In this document: in pieces, positions 1-13,900 of the stretch
Layout: each line of letters starts with the position of its first letter
Numbering within the stretch: the first letter of the stretch is position 1
NCBI RefSeq assembly: GCF_001194135.2
Contig: NC_068982.1
Coordinates: 65,911,049 to 65,961,078, forward strand
Length of the DNA: 50,030 nt
Direction: 5' to 3'
Source of the DNA: Octopus bimaculoides
Lineage: Eukaryota
Notes under the pieces: model-generated
What the model saw: only the letters and a program-made list of their open reading frames with translations
What the model was told of the DNA's origin: nothing
Database searches by the model: none
Translations under genes and position numbers: made by a program

Positions 1-8
1 ATATATAT

Positions 9-40
<32 letters not shown>

Positions 41-147
41 GCATACACATATATATACACACACACACACATATATATATATACACATACACACATATAT
101 ACACAGACATATACACACACACATATATGTACACACACACACATATA

Positions 148-400
148 TAGAAGAATCAATTTATTAGACGGTGTCCAATAAACGTCATCAAATAACTGGA
201 ACAGGTTTTGATGCTAATAATAATGATTTAATTAATTTAACCAGGCAGTTGTTTCTGTCGCAAAACACCATATTTCAGGCATACAATTGACAGAAACAAC
301 TGTCTGGCTAAATTAATTAAATCATTATTATTAACATCAAAACCTGTTCCAGTTATTTGATGACATTTATTGGACTCTGTTTAATGAGTTGATTCTTCTA
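148..400. mobile_element. MITE-like fold-back element with TA ends
   Basis: Arms 148-259 and 289-400 (~110 bp, several mismatches), 29-nt spacer, TA at both outer ends. Confidence 0.7.
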
Positions 401-522
401 ATGGTTTTTATTTATATATATTCATAGGGAAATGAAAGGAATTCCTTAAATAAAGTACAAGACAAAAAACATTGGAAACCTAAGAAATAATGAAAAATAT
501 AATATATTATAATATATATATA

Positions 523-720
523 GGCGCAAGAGTGGCTGTGTGGTAAGTAGCTTGCTTACCAACCACATGGTTCCAGGTTCATTCCCACTGTGTGGCACCT
601 TCAGCAAGTGTCTTCTACTATAGCCTTGGGCTGACCAAAGCCTTGTGAGTGGATTTGGTAGACAGAAACTGAAAGAAGCCTGTCGTATACATATATATAT
701 ATATGTGTGTGTGTGTGTGT
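523..720 (+). mobile_element. tRNA-derived SINE (family A), 5' part, runs into gap
   Basis: Head ggcgcaagagtggctgtgtggtaag (A box), ggttcattccc (B-box-like); homologous to 31653-32043. Confidence 0.8.
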
Positions 721-1295
721 NNNNNNNNNNNNNNNNNNNNNNNNNNNNNNNNNNNNNNNNNNNNNNNNNNNNNNNNNNNNNNNNNNNNNNNNNNNNNNNN
801 NNNNNNNNNNNNNNNNNNNNNNNNNNNNNNNNNNNNNNNNNNNNNNNNNNNNNNNNNNNNNNNNNNNNNNNNNNNNNNNNNNNNNNNNNNNNNNNNNNNN
901 NNNNNNNNNNNNNNNNNNNNNNNNNNNNNNNNNNNNNNNNNNNNNNNNNNNNNNNNNNNNNNNNNNNNNNNNNNNNNNNNNNNNNNNNNNNNNNNNNNNN
1001 NNNNNNNNNNNNNNNNNNNNNNNNNNNNNNNNNNNNNNNNNNNNNNNNNNNNNNNNNNNNNNNNNNNNNNNNNNNNNNNNNNNNNNNNNNNNNNNNNNNN
1101 NNNNNNNNNNNNNNNNNNNNNNNNNNNNNNNNNNNNNNNNNNNNNNNNNNNNNNNNNNNNNNNNNNNNNNNNNNNNNNNNNNNNNNNNNNNNNNNNNNNN
1201 NNNNNNNNNNNNNNNNNNNNNNNNNNNNNNNNNNNNNNNNNNNNNNNNNNNNNNNNNNNNNNNNNNNNNNNNNNNNNNNNNNNNNNNNNNNNNNN
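721..1295. other. Assembly gap (575 N)
   Basis: N run; further gaps at 11453-11463 and 25052-25061. Confidence 1.
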
Positions 1296-1342
1296 TAATA
1301 AATTGAGTCTTCTAATGATTTATATATATATATATATATATA

Positions 1343-1641
1343 TCATCATCATCATCATCATCATCGTTCAACGTCCGCTTTCCATGCTAGCATGGGTTGG
1401 ACGATTTGACTGAGGACTGGTGAAACCAGATGGCTACACCAGGCTCCAATCTGATTTGGCAGAGTTTCTACAGCTGGATGCTCTTCCTAATGCCAACCAC
1501 TCTGAGAGTGTAGTGGATGCTTTTACGTGCCACCGGCACGAGGGCCAGTCAGGGGGTACTGGCAACGGCCATGCTCAAAATGGTGTATTTTGCGTGCCAC
1601 CTGCACAGGAGCCAGTCCAGCGGCACTGGCAACGATCTTAC
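1343..1641 (-). mobile_element. Young retroposon family B copy, (GAT)n tail
   Basis: (atc)n-gttcaacgtccgctttccatgctagcatgggttggacg...; near-identical to copies at 27494, 28476 and 49761. Confidence 0.85.
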
Positions 1642-2063
1642 TCATCAATTATACATTGACTACTGTTTAAAGTGGCAAGCAGTACCTCCTTGTTGATTCC
1701 TGTTAATAAGTGTATGACTCTGCCATTGCGAGTTAAAAGTCTTTTGTTTGGGAGTGTACAACCCTGGTGATGGATGTATTATGGATTATCAACCATTCAG
1801 TCAGTATGTCATTGAGCTGTTGTTGCTTAACCCTAGGTCAGCCTTAACAAGCAAACCTATGATCAAAAGCATATCAGTTGTGCACATTTCATTTATTTCT
1901 TTTTCAATTACGGTGTACCCCAAACAATATTATCTAGTGTTTCCCCTTCTTGAATTTACTGAGGCATGACTGCTACCTCTAGCACACTAAGTGAGCATGC
2001 AGAGGATCCCATATTAGTTTTGTTAGATGTCAAGTATAGTAGACTAATGAACTGATTACTTAC

Positions 2064-2194
2064 ATTATTTGATTGGGTAATATTTCGTATCCAGGATATA
2101 GCAGTGAGTATGGGTGAGACATCACTGCTGTTGTCTTGCTGAAGAAGTAGATGTTCAAGAAGACTTGGAATGGTCAAAGCTGGATGTTCAGAAA
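2064..2194 (-). CDS. THADA: THADA exon 27 (last traced; no stop codon reached)
   Basis: tttag / GTAAGT; SEHPALTIPSLLEHLLLQQD...AISWIRNITQSNN; phase matches exon 26. Confidence 0.82.
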
Positions 2195-4936
2195 CTAAAA
2201 ATAAAAGAACAAATGGTATGAATGTTCCTGTACTTGAGAATGTGGAGGATGTTCACAGTGGGACACTTGGAAAAAAATTTCTCCTTATATTTTTACACAG
2301 AAAATATATAAGGAATTTTTCTCTTCGATGAGTCCCACAGCAAATGTCTTCCACATTCTAGCATACAAAAGCATGATATATATATAAATGCATACATAAT
2401 TATATATTATATCTTTCAACCCAATATTTAAATGTAGCTTTATATCTACTTTTAGATCAAATTCCAAAAAGGAATTATTCCTCATTCTCTCGAAAGTTTA
2501 TAAATTCTTATGATGACAACAAAATATATATACATGTATCATCATCATCATTTTATGTCCGTTTTCCATACTGGCATGGGTTGGATGGTTTGACAGGAGC
2601 TGGTAAGGCTGGGGGCTGCAATAAGCTCCATTGTCTGTTCTGGCATTGTTTCTTCTGCTGGATGCTATACACACACATGCACATGCATATGTATGTATGT
2701 ATGTATATATATATCTATATATATATATATATATCTATATACCTGAATATTTTAATGTCTTTATTGAAAAATATTTGACAAAACTGGATGCTCAGAAAAT
2801 GAAAACAAGAAAAATTTTAAAACTTGGGACATTAGATACATAAGTACATGTAACATTTAATTTCATGATGGAACACCACCACATGTTGAAACACATTACA
2901 TCTTGCAAAATAATCTCATATTAATTAAAATGTACTACAGTTACCTTCCCTGCATACAACAGCTGTTCTTTTAGAACAAACCTGTAACTCGGTTTGCCAA
3001 ACAAAGAGGAATGAGGCTAGTGTACTTTTCTGAATGTGCAATGTTTGTATGCATGTATGACAAAGTGCAAATGTATTGAAAGAAAAGTTAAGCAGAGGAG
3101 GAATCAGTTGTAGTGTACAAGAGAGAAGACTGCACTGGTTTGGACATGTTATGCATATGGATGAGGACAGTTGCATAAAGAAGTGTCAATCACTTAAAGT
3201 GGATGGAACTCGTGGAAGAGGGAGACCCAGGAAGACATAAGACAAATTATCAAAGGCTAATCTCAAGATGCTAAGCTGTACAGACAAGATGACAAAGAAC
3301 TGAGATGATTAGTATTTTGCTATGCTTGAGAAGACCCATCCATTGTAGCAAAAATGATATTCTAAAACCATTCAGTTATGCTTGTAAGTGCAGGACTCTG
3401 TCCCTCCTCCTCTCTCATCTCTTTCTGACACATCAAGCATTCCTCCCTATGTATTTCATCCCATCCTCTCTCTGATCCTCTTCTGCCACCATGAACCACT
3501 TCCATTTCTCTTTATCATCGTGGCCCACACTATTTCTACCAAACACCTCCTCTCCAAGCATTCAGCCACTGCTCTCTCTCTCTCCCTTCTGTTATACTCC
3601 ATTCTAAATACCTCTCATACTGCTATCATTCCTAATGTCCTCTCATATCTCCCATCATATTTCACTAACTATAGTTCCTTGTGTGGTTCTATATTTCTCC
3701 CTGGCAAAGTTGACCTCAACAGAATTTGAACTTTGAATATAAAAAGCCAGAAGTATGAAGCTATGCATTTTGTCTGATGCACTCATGATTCTGCCAACTT
3801 GTAACCTTTTATCAAGAAATATATGATAACTGAATATATCAGTTTGTCTGAATATATCAATTTGTTTAAATATATCAGTTTGTCTGTACTTAAACGGTTT
3901 CAGTTTCAACACACTGTCACAGATCAAGTCACTAACCAAACAAATATAACTCCAAAATGTTTATAATGCAAGACCTCACCAAGGTTAACATGATACCTAT
4001 GTTCTGGACCACTGATTGTTTATAAACTTCAATGTAGCTTTTGTATTATTCTGCTTGAATCAAGAAATCTAGATTAGAAATAGGTACTGCTTTGTCCATC
4101 ATCCTACTATTTTCTGTTCTAATTTCCTTCCTGAGCTTCTCCTATATCTCCCACATTACCCCTCTACATACTAGTATTTCCCATCCACACATCCACTCTT
4201 GTTCATCGCTCACTACATTAATCTCTCCTTGTTTATCCCCACTAACTCTTATGAAAGTATCCACTTTCTCATTCCCTCCCATGACCCACTTTATCATCTC
4301 TTACATCTCACCTTTTTGAGAGTTTGCTCTAGAACCCATCACTACCTTTCTTTTATCTCCTCTGTTAGGAGGCACAAGCACTTACATACATATGTACACA
4401 CATGACAATAACTTCTGCTTTAATAAATTCAATTACAAGGCTTTGGTCAGCCTGAGGTAGAAGACACTTGCCCAAGGTGCGACACAGTGGGACTGAACCC
4501 AAAACCGTGTTGCTAGGAAGCAAGCTTCCTAACCACACAGCTATAGCAAGGTGCTTGTGCTTGCCTGTACATCAGACTTTAGCCTTTCAACACCCAGCAT
4601 AAAGCCACCTTCCTCTCCTAAATACTTTCTTTTAGTTAGGGGAGCTTCTTTCTTTTCCTTTTCTCTTTTTCTATCTTGCAAGTTGATGATATGATGATGA
4701 TTTACCTGCCTGGAACAGTAACCAAAATTCCAGCAAAACACATTTTACTTTCTATAAAAGTTAACACAGTCCTAGATGGATTTAGGTGTGGCTGTGTGAT
4801 TAAGAACTTTGCTCCCAATCATATGGTTTTGGGTTCAAATCCCATTGCATGGCTCCTTGGATATGTGTCATCTATCATTCCAAGCTGATCAAAGCCTTGT
4901 GAGTAGATTTGGTAGAAGGAGACTGAAAGAAGCCTC

Positions 4937-4975
<39 letters not shown>

Positions 4976-7900
4976 CTCTCTCTCTCGCCTTATCTTGATG
5001 TCACACAATAGTTCTCAATGAATGTTACCGTCATACAAGCAGTGCCATTCATTTCCAGTGATCTGCAGAAGCATAAATGGCAATGGAGAAATATTTTCTT
5101 GCTTGGAAACGAGTGAGGGTTGGTGACAGGAAGAGCATTCAACTGTAGAAAATCTGCCTCAGTAAACTCTGTCCAACCCATGCAAGCATGGAAAAGTGGA
5201 TGTTAAAATGATGACAACGACCACAATGATGATGATGAAACTTACTTACCAATGTTAGCTGGGTTGAGTCTGTTCAAAACTGTAACTGCAGACTCTTTCA
5301 CTTGCATGTCATCTTCCTGCAGCAGATTTACTAAGATTCCCCAATATGTATATTTCAGTTCACCTGTACATGACAGAGACAAAGTTCATTATTTACATTA
5401 TTCTACATTTGACGGATATTTGTCCTCATTTTGTTTGTTATTTCGGCTGATATGCCCTCCAGCCTTCATCAGCTTGTGATGAAGGCTGGAGGGTATATCA
5501 GCCAAAACGTGTTAACAACAAACAAGATGAGGATAAATATCTGTCAAATGTAAATAATGTACATAATTCCTCATCTCTTAAATATAGAACAGAGACAAAG
5601 TTATTTGAAATTCATAAAATCTGTTATATTCACATTTTTGACAATTCATAATAGACTGTATTATGAAGAAATAAATAGTTTTTAATTTTGGCACAAGGCC
5701 AGCAATTTTAGAGGAGGGAAGACAGTCAATTACATTGACCCCCAGTGCTCAACTAGAACTTATTTCCTCAACCCACAAAAAGACAAATGGCAAAGTCGAC
5801 CTCAGCAGAATTTGATCTCTGAATATAAAAAGCCAGAAGTATGAAACTGAGCACTCATGATTCTGCCAACTTGCAACCTTTCAACAAGAATTATATGATA
5901 ACTGAATATATCAGTTCGTCTGTACTTAAATAGTTTAAAACAATCATTTTATGATGTGATGATAACTTCAGTTTTACCATGCTGTTGCAGATCAAATTAC
6001 TAACCAAACAAAATATAACTCCAAAGTGTTTATAAAGCAAGAATTAACCAATGTTCTGGGCCACTGATTGTTTATAAGCTTTCATGAAGTTTTTATATTA
6101 CTCTGCTTGCAAAAAATGAAGTCTAGATTAGTAAATAAGTACTGCCTTGTTCTATCTTAGTGACCTCAGACCATCTCTACTCAAGATATCAATGTTTGTC
6201 AAATATTTAAAACAACATAAGTTACAAGATATGTCTTGTGTAAGAGTGGTTCAAAACTATTGATAATTCTGCTAAGAACTAAATTTCATTAAAAATGTAA
6301 TATTAAAAAAAGGTCTCTGATTTGAAATTAATTTTTATTTATTTCAAATAACTCTGGTCTACAGATACATGGAACATATGACAGAAACCTAAGACAGAAT
6401 ACTAGATGAAAATTGAACCTGTATATCTGAGGAGGCTGAAAGTCCAAAGACACCTACAATCGAGAATCAAGTCCACATAGCTATCACATTTTGGACAAGA
6501 CACTGTCCAAGACCATCCTGACAGAAAGTAGGGAGGGGAAGACAACAAGAGGTCATTAAAGATGTTTGTGGACTGACAACAAAAGAATGGAGAAGAAGCA
6601 GCAGCTTGCTTGACTGCATGCAACATAACACAGACACAGAGGGACCTGGAGAGTCTTGACATGTCAAGCCCTGGACACAGAGAAGGCATCTGGCCGATGA
6701 TACTAGAATGCCTCAGTATAACAATGCTACAAGCATCATACGTTGCTTACATCTATATTGAAGTTTACATTAAAACTATAAAAATATATTTTTCATTCAT
6801 ATTTACAAAAATAACATATAAGACAAAATTGCAAAATACATGAAAATCAACTTGTTGACCAAATAAGTAGTTGATTTGTTATTTTATAGACAAACAAGGC
6901 ATAATCCTACCTAATACTTTATCAGGGTCCTTGAGAAGTAAAATTGCATTTTTATGCAGAAACTGGGTACATGCTAGTTGAAGACTTGCACTTTGTTCTG
7001 TAGCACTGCATAGTGTTAATACTGCACACCAACGCTCCAATAAAGATGTTTCTTCTGATAACTGTTATAAAACAGAGAGGAAGTAAAACATAAAAAATTC
7101 AAGCATTGCTTTCAGTGAAGAAACAGTTCTGAAATACAAGAAAAATATAAATATCCATCCATCTGTTTTTCCCATCCACTATTCCTGGGAGAGTTGTGGG
7201 GGTACAGTCCTCAGGCATTTTTGCCATAGGGTCCTATCAGAAGAAACAATCATTACACTTTCTAGCTGGATTCCCAGGTGTGATCAGCTGAGACTATACA
7301 TATTATCCAACCATCTTGAAGAAATAAATTACCTCATTATAAGGCAAGGAATACATAATTAGCTAATTTTTGAATGGTTTGATTAGTAGGTTGGATCTAA
7401 ACTTATAACCTGTACATGTCCTTCAAGACCGGTGAGATCAACATGGTTGTAGCTCTGTTCCCTTGAAGAACTGCAGGAAAAAACATGGACACTGTAGAGT
7501 GGTAGAAAAGGTAGAGTGAGGAGACAGGGTGCTTGTGGGCCAGAGGTAGGAGTATGTTGATGAGTGATTTCATGCTTAATAGTTAGGCAGCTTGTTTTTG
7601 TTTTTTGGTAGTTCAGATATATCTGGCAATAGTATGAAAGAGTACAGTTGTGAACACAAGTGGCTCAAGTGGCTGAAATGGGATTCATGCAAAGGGTCTC
7701 TGAAGAACATTACTTGACATGTTACATAGCTCAGAGATGAGGGGAGTCTCTCTAGGTCATGTGGTGACTTATTCACATTGAGAAGTCACAACTCTGATGT
7801 ATGGACATGAGATAAGATATTGCAGGAAAGAATCACAAGATAGATTCTTCCAGTTGAGCCATCCAACAAACACTAAGAGGTAAACCAAGAAAGTAAAGGT

Positions 7901-10900
7901 TGGAAAATATATATAGTTTCAGTTAGTCATGCTTGGGAATCTAGCTGGAAAGACTAATGATTGTTACTTCTGATAGGACCCTATAGAGGAGGTGCTTTGG
8001 GACTCTACTCCCCAATCTTTCCAGAAATAGTGAGCAGAGAAGATGGATGGATGGATAGTTCAGTGGTGTTAGAGTGTCATGATGAATAAATGTGTTACTG
8101 TTTGGAACAAGAGAAACATTACTTGAGAACCAATAACGCCATCACATGTTTATTATTTGCTATGTTCTGAGTTCAAATTTTACCAAGGTCGACTTTGCCT
8201 TTCATCCTTTCGGGGTTGATAAATTAAGTACCAGTGAAACACTGGTGTCGATGTAATTGACTTGTCTCCTCCCCCACAGTTTCAGGCCTTGTGCCTATAG
8301 TAGAAAAGATTATTACATCTTTAGGTATCTTTACATTTGTAAGGACTTCCAAATGAGAGCAGCTTTGTCTTGTATTTCATAAAGAATATTGAACAAAGGA
8401 GGATATTTGATTATCATTATTTTCAGTAAAGGGAACTCATCTTAGAGTGCAGTAATTCTGAATAAATTGAAACAGGGTAAAGAAGAATTTTAGTCCTGCT
8501 GTAGACAGTCTATCTCTTGTACTGGTGACATAATCAAATATGTCCAGTCCATGCTGTAAAATGGCTGGTGATAGGAAGGTGGGCAAAAAATGTCTATAAC
8601 ATACACAACATAGATTGAAGTTTTGTTTCTTTTGTGTGTACTAGTAGACAAAGAACCAGGAAAAGCAGCATGATGATGTTGTGGAACAGAACCATCCAAC
8701 CTATTCCAGCATGGTAAAACAGACATAACATGATGATAATGATAACAGAGGAAAATTTATAAGCTGTGTAGTATAATTTGCACCAAGTATATTTTGAAAT
8801 AAATATAATTCAAATGTGGGTAGACAGACATCTTGGCCCTCTCAGCCTTGACCCAGGGAAACAGTGAAGATGAGGGAAGCATTGAGGTTGAGGAAAACAT
8901 TGAGGATGGGGGAAACATTGAGGATGTGACAGTTGGTGGAAGAGAGGGCTACATCAGCACTCAGCTGATACTCATTCTTTTTCAGCTGAGTAGACTGGAG
9001 CAATATATGATGTGTCTTGCTCAAGGACATAATGTGCCATCCAGTCAAAGAATCAAACCTACTAACCTCATGATCATGAACCCAAAACCCTCACCACTAA
9101 GCCATGTGAACCACTTCTCGTTTTGGAAATATAAGAGAAAATAGTTGCACAATAACTGCACTAAAATAAAAGAGAAAAAATACAAAATTGTTGTAGAAAT
9201 GATAACATAGAAGTATTAAAAATTTTACATCAGTATATGACCAGAAAATATTTGTAAATGGAAAAACAGTGATCCATTTTTGTTGTTTTTTAATGGTTTA
9301 CTCGAAGAAGGAAGAGCTGTGTCTAAAATTCTTTTCATGACCTCCACCATGGACTAAATGCTTTCAACACAGGGAACTCCACTAAAGACACCCAAGGGCC
9401 AGGTAGTGATGTTAAAGCAGGTAACAAATTAAGTCTGCCATACAAAAATGAGCTCAGTTCATTCAATAGGCTTCTTCACAGTTTCTGTAAAAAAACTGAC
9501 TGTACTGTAAGTACATCAGACTGAATATCTTGTGGTAATTAATCCAGCTCTTTGCATTCTGAGTTAAAATCTTGCCATGGCTGACAAGGGAGGTAGGCTT
9601 AACTTGTCACCAGATTTAACACAACCACCTGGCACCTTGGATGACAACAAAATCCACTTTGTTGCAAACATTTGGGGTAGACTTCCAGTTTGAGGATATG
9701 TCCTCCTTCCATCCTTCCCACCACTTTCAGAGGTCTCACATGACATATAAAGATTAAAAATAAAATGGTTTCAAGAAATTTTGATTAAGTAGTTTGTGAG
9801 GCTCTTAATTTTAGTACCCAGACAATTGCCTAGTTTGTCTAGTGTGTAGTGCTGGCCTTGTTTGCAAGACATTTATTTAGGAAACTGAGAATTGAGTTAC
9901 TTGTGGCTTTTAATTTGCATCATGTGATAATGAACATAGGAGATATTAAGGGGCTTGCTTGAGTTGGAGTGGAATTTTACTTTGAAAATAGAAAGAAGAA
10001 ATAAATGTTTTCACCTCATAGTAGACTCTTGGAAAAAGTTCAGCAGAAAACGTGACGGCACATTCTTGGATTTCTTGCCTAGAATATCATTAAAGACTAT
10101 CAGAATAAACAATTAACAAACAATCAAAGATATTTTATCACTTCCACATATTTCAAACACATATATTTGAGCTTTCTTGTATCACAGACTTGCTGATCCA
10201 CCTCCTACTACTACTACAACTACCATCACTATCACCATCATCATTACTATTACTAATCACAAGCCAGCAAGAGAGGCCTCTTCATGGTTGTTCAAGTTGT
10301 TAGCAATAGCAGCCAAATCTCCACCCTAGTCTAACCTTTTCCTATTCCCTTTCCCTTGCACCTTCTGTCCAATTAGTGACTACTCTGTTACTCTCCCCAC
10401 TACCACCCTATCGCAACTATAAACCTGTTCTTCTCGACTTACTTACCATCCTTCATTCCTCAGCCTAGAATCTTCATCCACTCTGTCGCTTCTATTCTCC
10501 CTCAATTATAGGAGCTACTTTGGGCCCTTACCTTTGTAAGTTAGGAGACATTCTTCACTTGGTACTGGCACAACAAAGGCAGCTAATGCACTCTATAAAC
10601 TGGTTGGCATTAGGAAGGCTTAGAAGCCTTAGAAACCCATGCCAAAGCAGACACTGGAGTATGATACAATCATCCAACTCATAAGACCCTGTCAAACTGT
10701 CTAACTTATGACAGCAAAGATCTGGACATTAAATGATGACAATGACAATGACTATCAAGTAGTGAACAAATTCAATACTGTCTGCTAAACAGTGGAACTA
10801 AGTTAGTAGCAGCTGCTTATGGGACAAATACCCTTAACTTGGATGAGCTAATCTAACCAGTTGCAATAGAATGAACTTCTCTAAAGGTAACAAGGGCTCA

Positions 10901-13900
10901 GGTGATGGTGTTAAACTGATGAATGTGTTAGAACTATCACCTTTCAAAATTTATAAACTAGATTATAAATGAGGCCATATTCATAACTTAAAATCTGTGA
11001 AGTTACTGAAAGATGACACTTCTATATAAATTATACTACTGATTTAGTGATTCTGTAGAAATCTAAGCTGAAACATAAGAGTTCACAAAAAGAGGATCAA
11101 TCAACTTACCCTTGGTACTGCTCAAGTAGATCTACTATGTGATATGATAGCTGAAAGCAATAACAACAATAACAACAGTTAATAAATATCATCTATGATT
11201 TCATACACACACACACACATCTGTATCTCTTTCTTTAATCTTTTTACTTGTATCAGTCATTAGACTGTGGCAATGCTGAGCTACAAACTTGAAGGGCTTA
11301 GTTGAAAAAAAATTGATCCCAATATTTATTTTTCAATTTTAGTACTTATTTTATCGGTCTCTTTTTTTCTTGAATCACTAAGTTATGTGGATGTCAACAA
11401 ACTAACACTGGCTGTCAAGTAGTGAGGAAAGACAAACACAAACACATATACCNNNNNNNNNNNCCCCCCCCCCCCAACAACACCATTCCTACTACCATCA
11501 ATATCATTTTATCTCCAGAAACAAATTTATCTGATTCAGAATGTTTAGTTTCACTACACTGAAACTTCTCTCATGTATTGAAGAGTTGCTTTCCCTGAGT
11601 TACCTTTATTTGATACGTTAAATATGAAATGCTCATCTCAACTTGTGAAGCATTTTTATGATTTACTTATAATAAAAGTATACACAACAAAAATTTATTG
11701 TAACTGATTTATTGTACTGAAACTTTGTATTTTATTAGTCTACCCATCTTCCTACTCCTCACTGAAAGCTTTGCGACTTCCAGTCATTCTCTTTCCTTTC
11801 ACTCTATCTCTCTCCATCACCTATTTCTCTTCTCTTTTTTATCTTTTCTTTCTTATTGCTTCACTCTTTCTTTCTCTCTTGTCATGTACTTTCTGTTTTT
11901 TTTTTTCTATTTCTTTGCCACTCTCATATTATCAAGACATCCTTTACTTTTCTACTTCTTTTGTCCCTCTAGAATTCAGTATAATAGAGTCCTACACGCC
12001 CTCACCATAACATAATCACATGGTAATCCAGTGAAGACGGACCTCACAACTCTATCTCAGAGCTCAAGATCCAACATTACCACCAAGGTTTTGGACTTCA
12101 TACCACACCACAATCATGGTGTACTTGGGAGCTAAACAACAAACTTCAACAATTTCATTATAAATCTGCCAATAAATGAGTGTGTAAAATAATATTCATA
12201 CCTTAGAAGCTTTCAATATATCCATCTGGGCTATGTGGCTTGCTATTGGTGGGCAAGTAAAGAGCCGCAACACCTTAAGATTATATAAAAGGAAATTTTT
12301 AAATATTTGAAATTTGAAATTTTGATTTGATAAAATAGAAACATTGTTCAGATTTCAAATCAAGGCTTTATTACTAAGTACAAAACAAAAAATAAATAAA
12401 TAAAGATAACCCAAATTAAAACTCCTATTTCTTGATTGTGTATGCAGCAGCACTGTTGACATTCTCACCACCACCACCACCACAAGTCTGTCTCTTCATG
12501 CTTGAATGGATTAGTTGTAAAGCTGTATATTTACGAATATTTATACTTATAAATAACTTTTCAGGTACAGTAAATTTATTGAATACGGTAGCTCAGAGTT
12601 TTATGAGAGCTAAGAAACTCATCGCGTGCATGCGTGTGTGCGTGTGTGCATGTGTGTGTCTGTCTCCCCTTGTCTTGATATTACTCAATAGTTGTAAATG
12701 AGTGTCGCCATCATACAAATAGTGTCCATTTACAATCTTCTACAAAAGCATGTCTGGCTATGGTGAAGCAATATCTTGCTTAGAAGTGAGGGCTGGTGAC
12801 AAGCAGGGCATCCAGATGTAGAAAAACCAGCCACAATTATCCACCCTTTCCTCCCCTCTTGATCCACAGTCTATATTCTCCCTTATACTCCACAGTCTAT
12901 ATTCTCCTTGCACCTTGAGAGTATGCTCTGGTACCCTGTTACCATCTTTATCGTCCTTCCAGTTGCTCTCACCCACTTTGCATTGGGTGGCAAAGCCATG
13001 TATCTCTACTATAATAAAACACGAGTGCTTGTCCCTCTATCATACTTTAGTTTTCAACATTTGGCATAAAACCACCTCCCACCCAGCTGTGGGATTTTTT
13101 CTACTTTTCGTTTTCTTGTCTTTCCTGCTCTGCAAGTTACTGAGCAACCTCACTAGTGTTGGTGTCATGAAAAAAGCACCTAGTATACACTGTAAAGTGG
13201 TGGATGTTAGGAAGGGCATTCGACCATAGAGACTATACCAAAGCTGGCGTTAGGGCCTGATGCAGTTATGCAGCTCACCAGACTCTGCCAGCATGGAAAA
13301 CAGAGGTTTGATGATGATGATAAACAGTGAGATACACATTTTCAATATTTCATTTTTTTTCTCTCACAATATTTTCTAGGTTTGTGAAGAAAAACTAACA
13401 CAACTGAAATCTTGAGATATTGAATAACTGAACTTACCTCTGCCAGACATTGTGGGTGATCTTCTGAATAAATAAAAGCCAATAAGGAGTCTACAAGCTC
13501 AGTAGACTGGCAGACAAAATCCAGGAAATGCTGGAATGATTTACTGTTATTTTCCAATTGATTCCTGAATGCACATTCCGTCTTTATCCAATGAAGAACT
13601 TCCAAGCGAATTTCATAGAGAGAAGAATTCAAGTAATCTATGAGAATTTGGTGCAAAGCTGGAAAGTCTTCACATTGTCTTTGAGTCTGTTTCAGTTTCC
13701 AGAGTTGGATTTTACATACAGTCACTAAATATTGAGCCTGACCGGGAAACCAGAGAGGAGAAAGAAAGCTTAGTTTTTCATATTCTATATCACAAAGGTC
13801 CATGAGAGCAGAAACAAGGAGTGACTGGGATGAAGAAGATTTTTGACAGGAGAAATCATCTGAGACAAATGACATGGTAATGTCAAGAGCGACTTGTCGG

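Noticed and set aside
645-1413. Long ORFs 645-1298, 703-1413 and 707-1306
   Set aside because: They are open only because they run through 575 N.
1670-1770. Short open minus frames (GCTLPNKRLLTRNGRV...) as the next THADA exon
   Set aside because: No resemblance to the expected LFEK.E.N..AE segment; the terminal exons are probably in the gap or beyond the window.
4706-4751. 46-nt AG...GT-bounded segment on minus (ESKMCFAGILVTVPG)
   Set aside because: Exons 26 and 27 already join in phase; inclusion would shift the frame and there is no THADA similarity. At most a cryptic or poison exon, with no support.
8833-9144. 103-aa plus ORF with acidic EENIEDGGNIED repeat
   Set aside because: It arises from a short aaacattgagg tandem repeat fused to SINE-like sequence; no recognisable homology.
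9564-9746. Possible LINE endonuclease relic or small ORF
   Set aside because: Similarity is too weak to assign a family.
11725-12015. Hydrophobic Phe/Leu/Ser-rich ORFs (also at 3388, 4092, 34539-35338, 43935)
   Set aside because: Translations of pyrimidine-rich low-complexity intron sequence.
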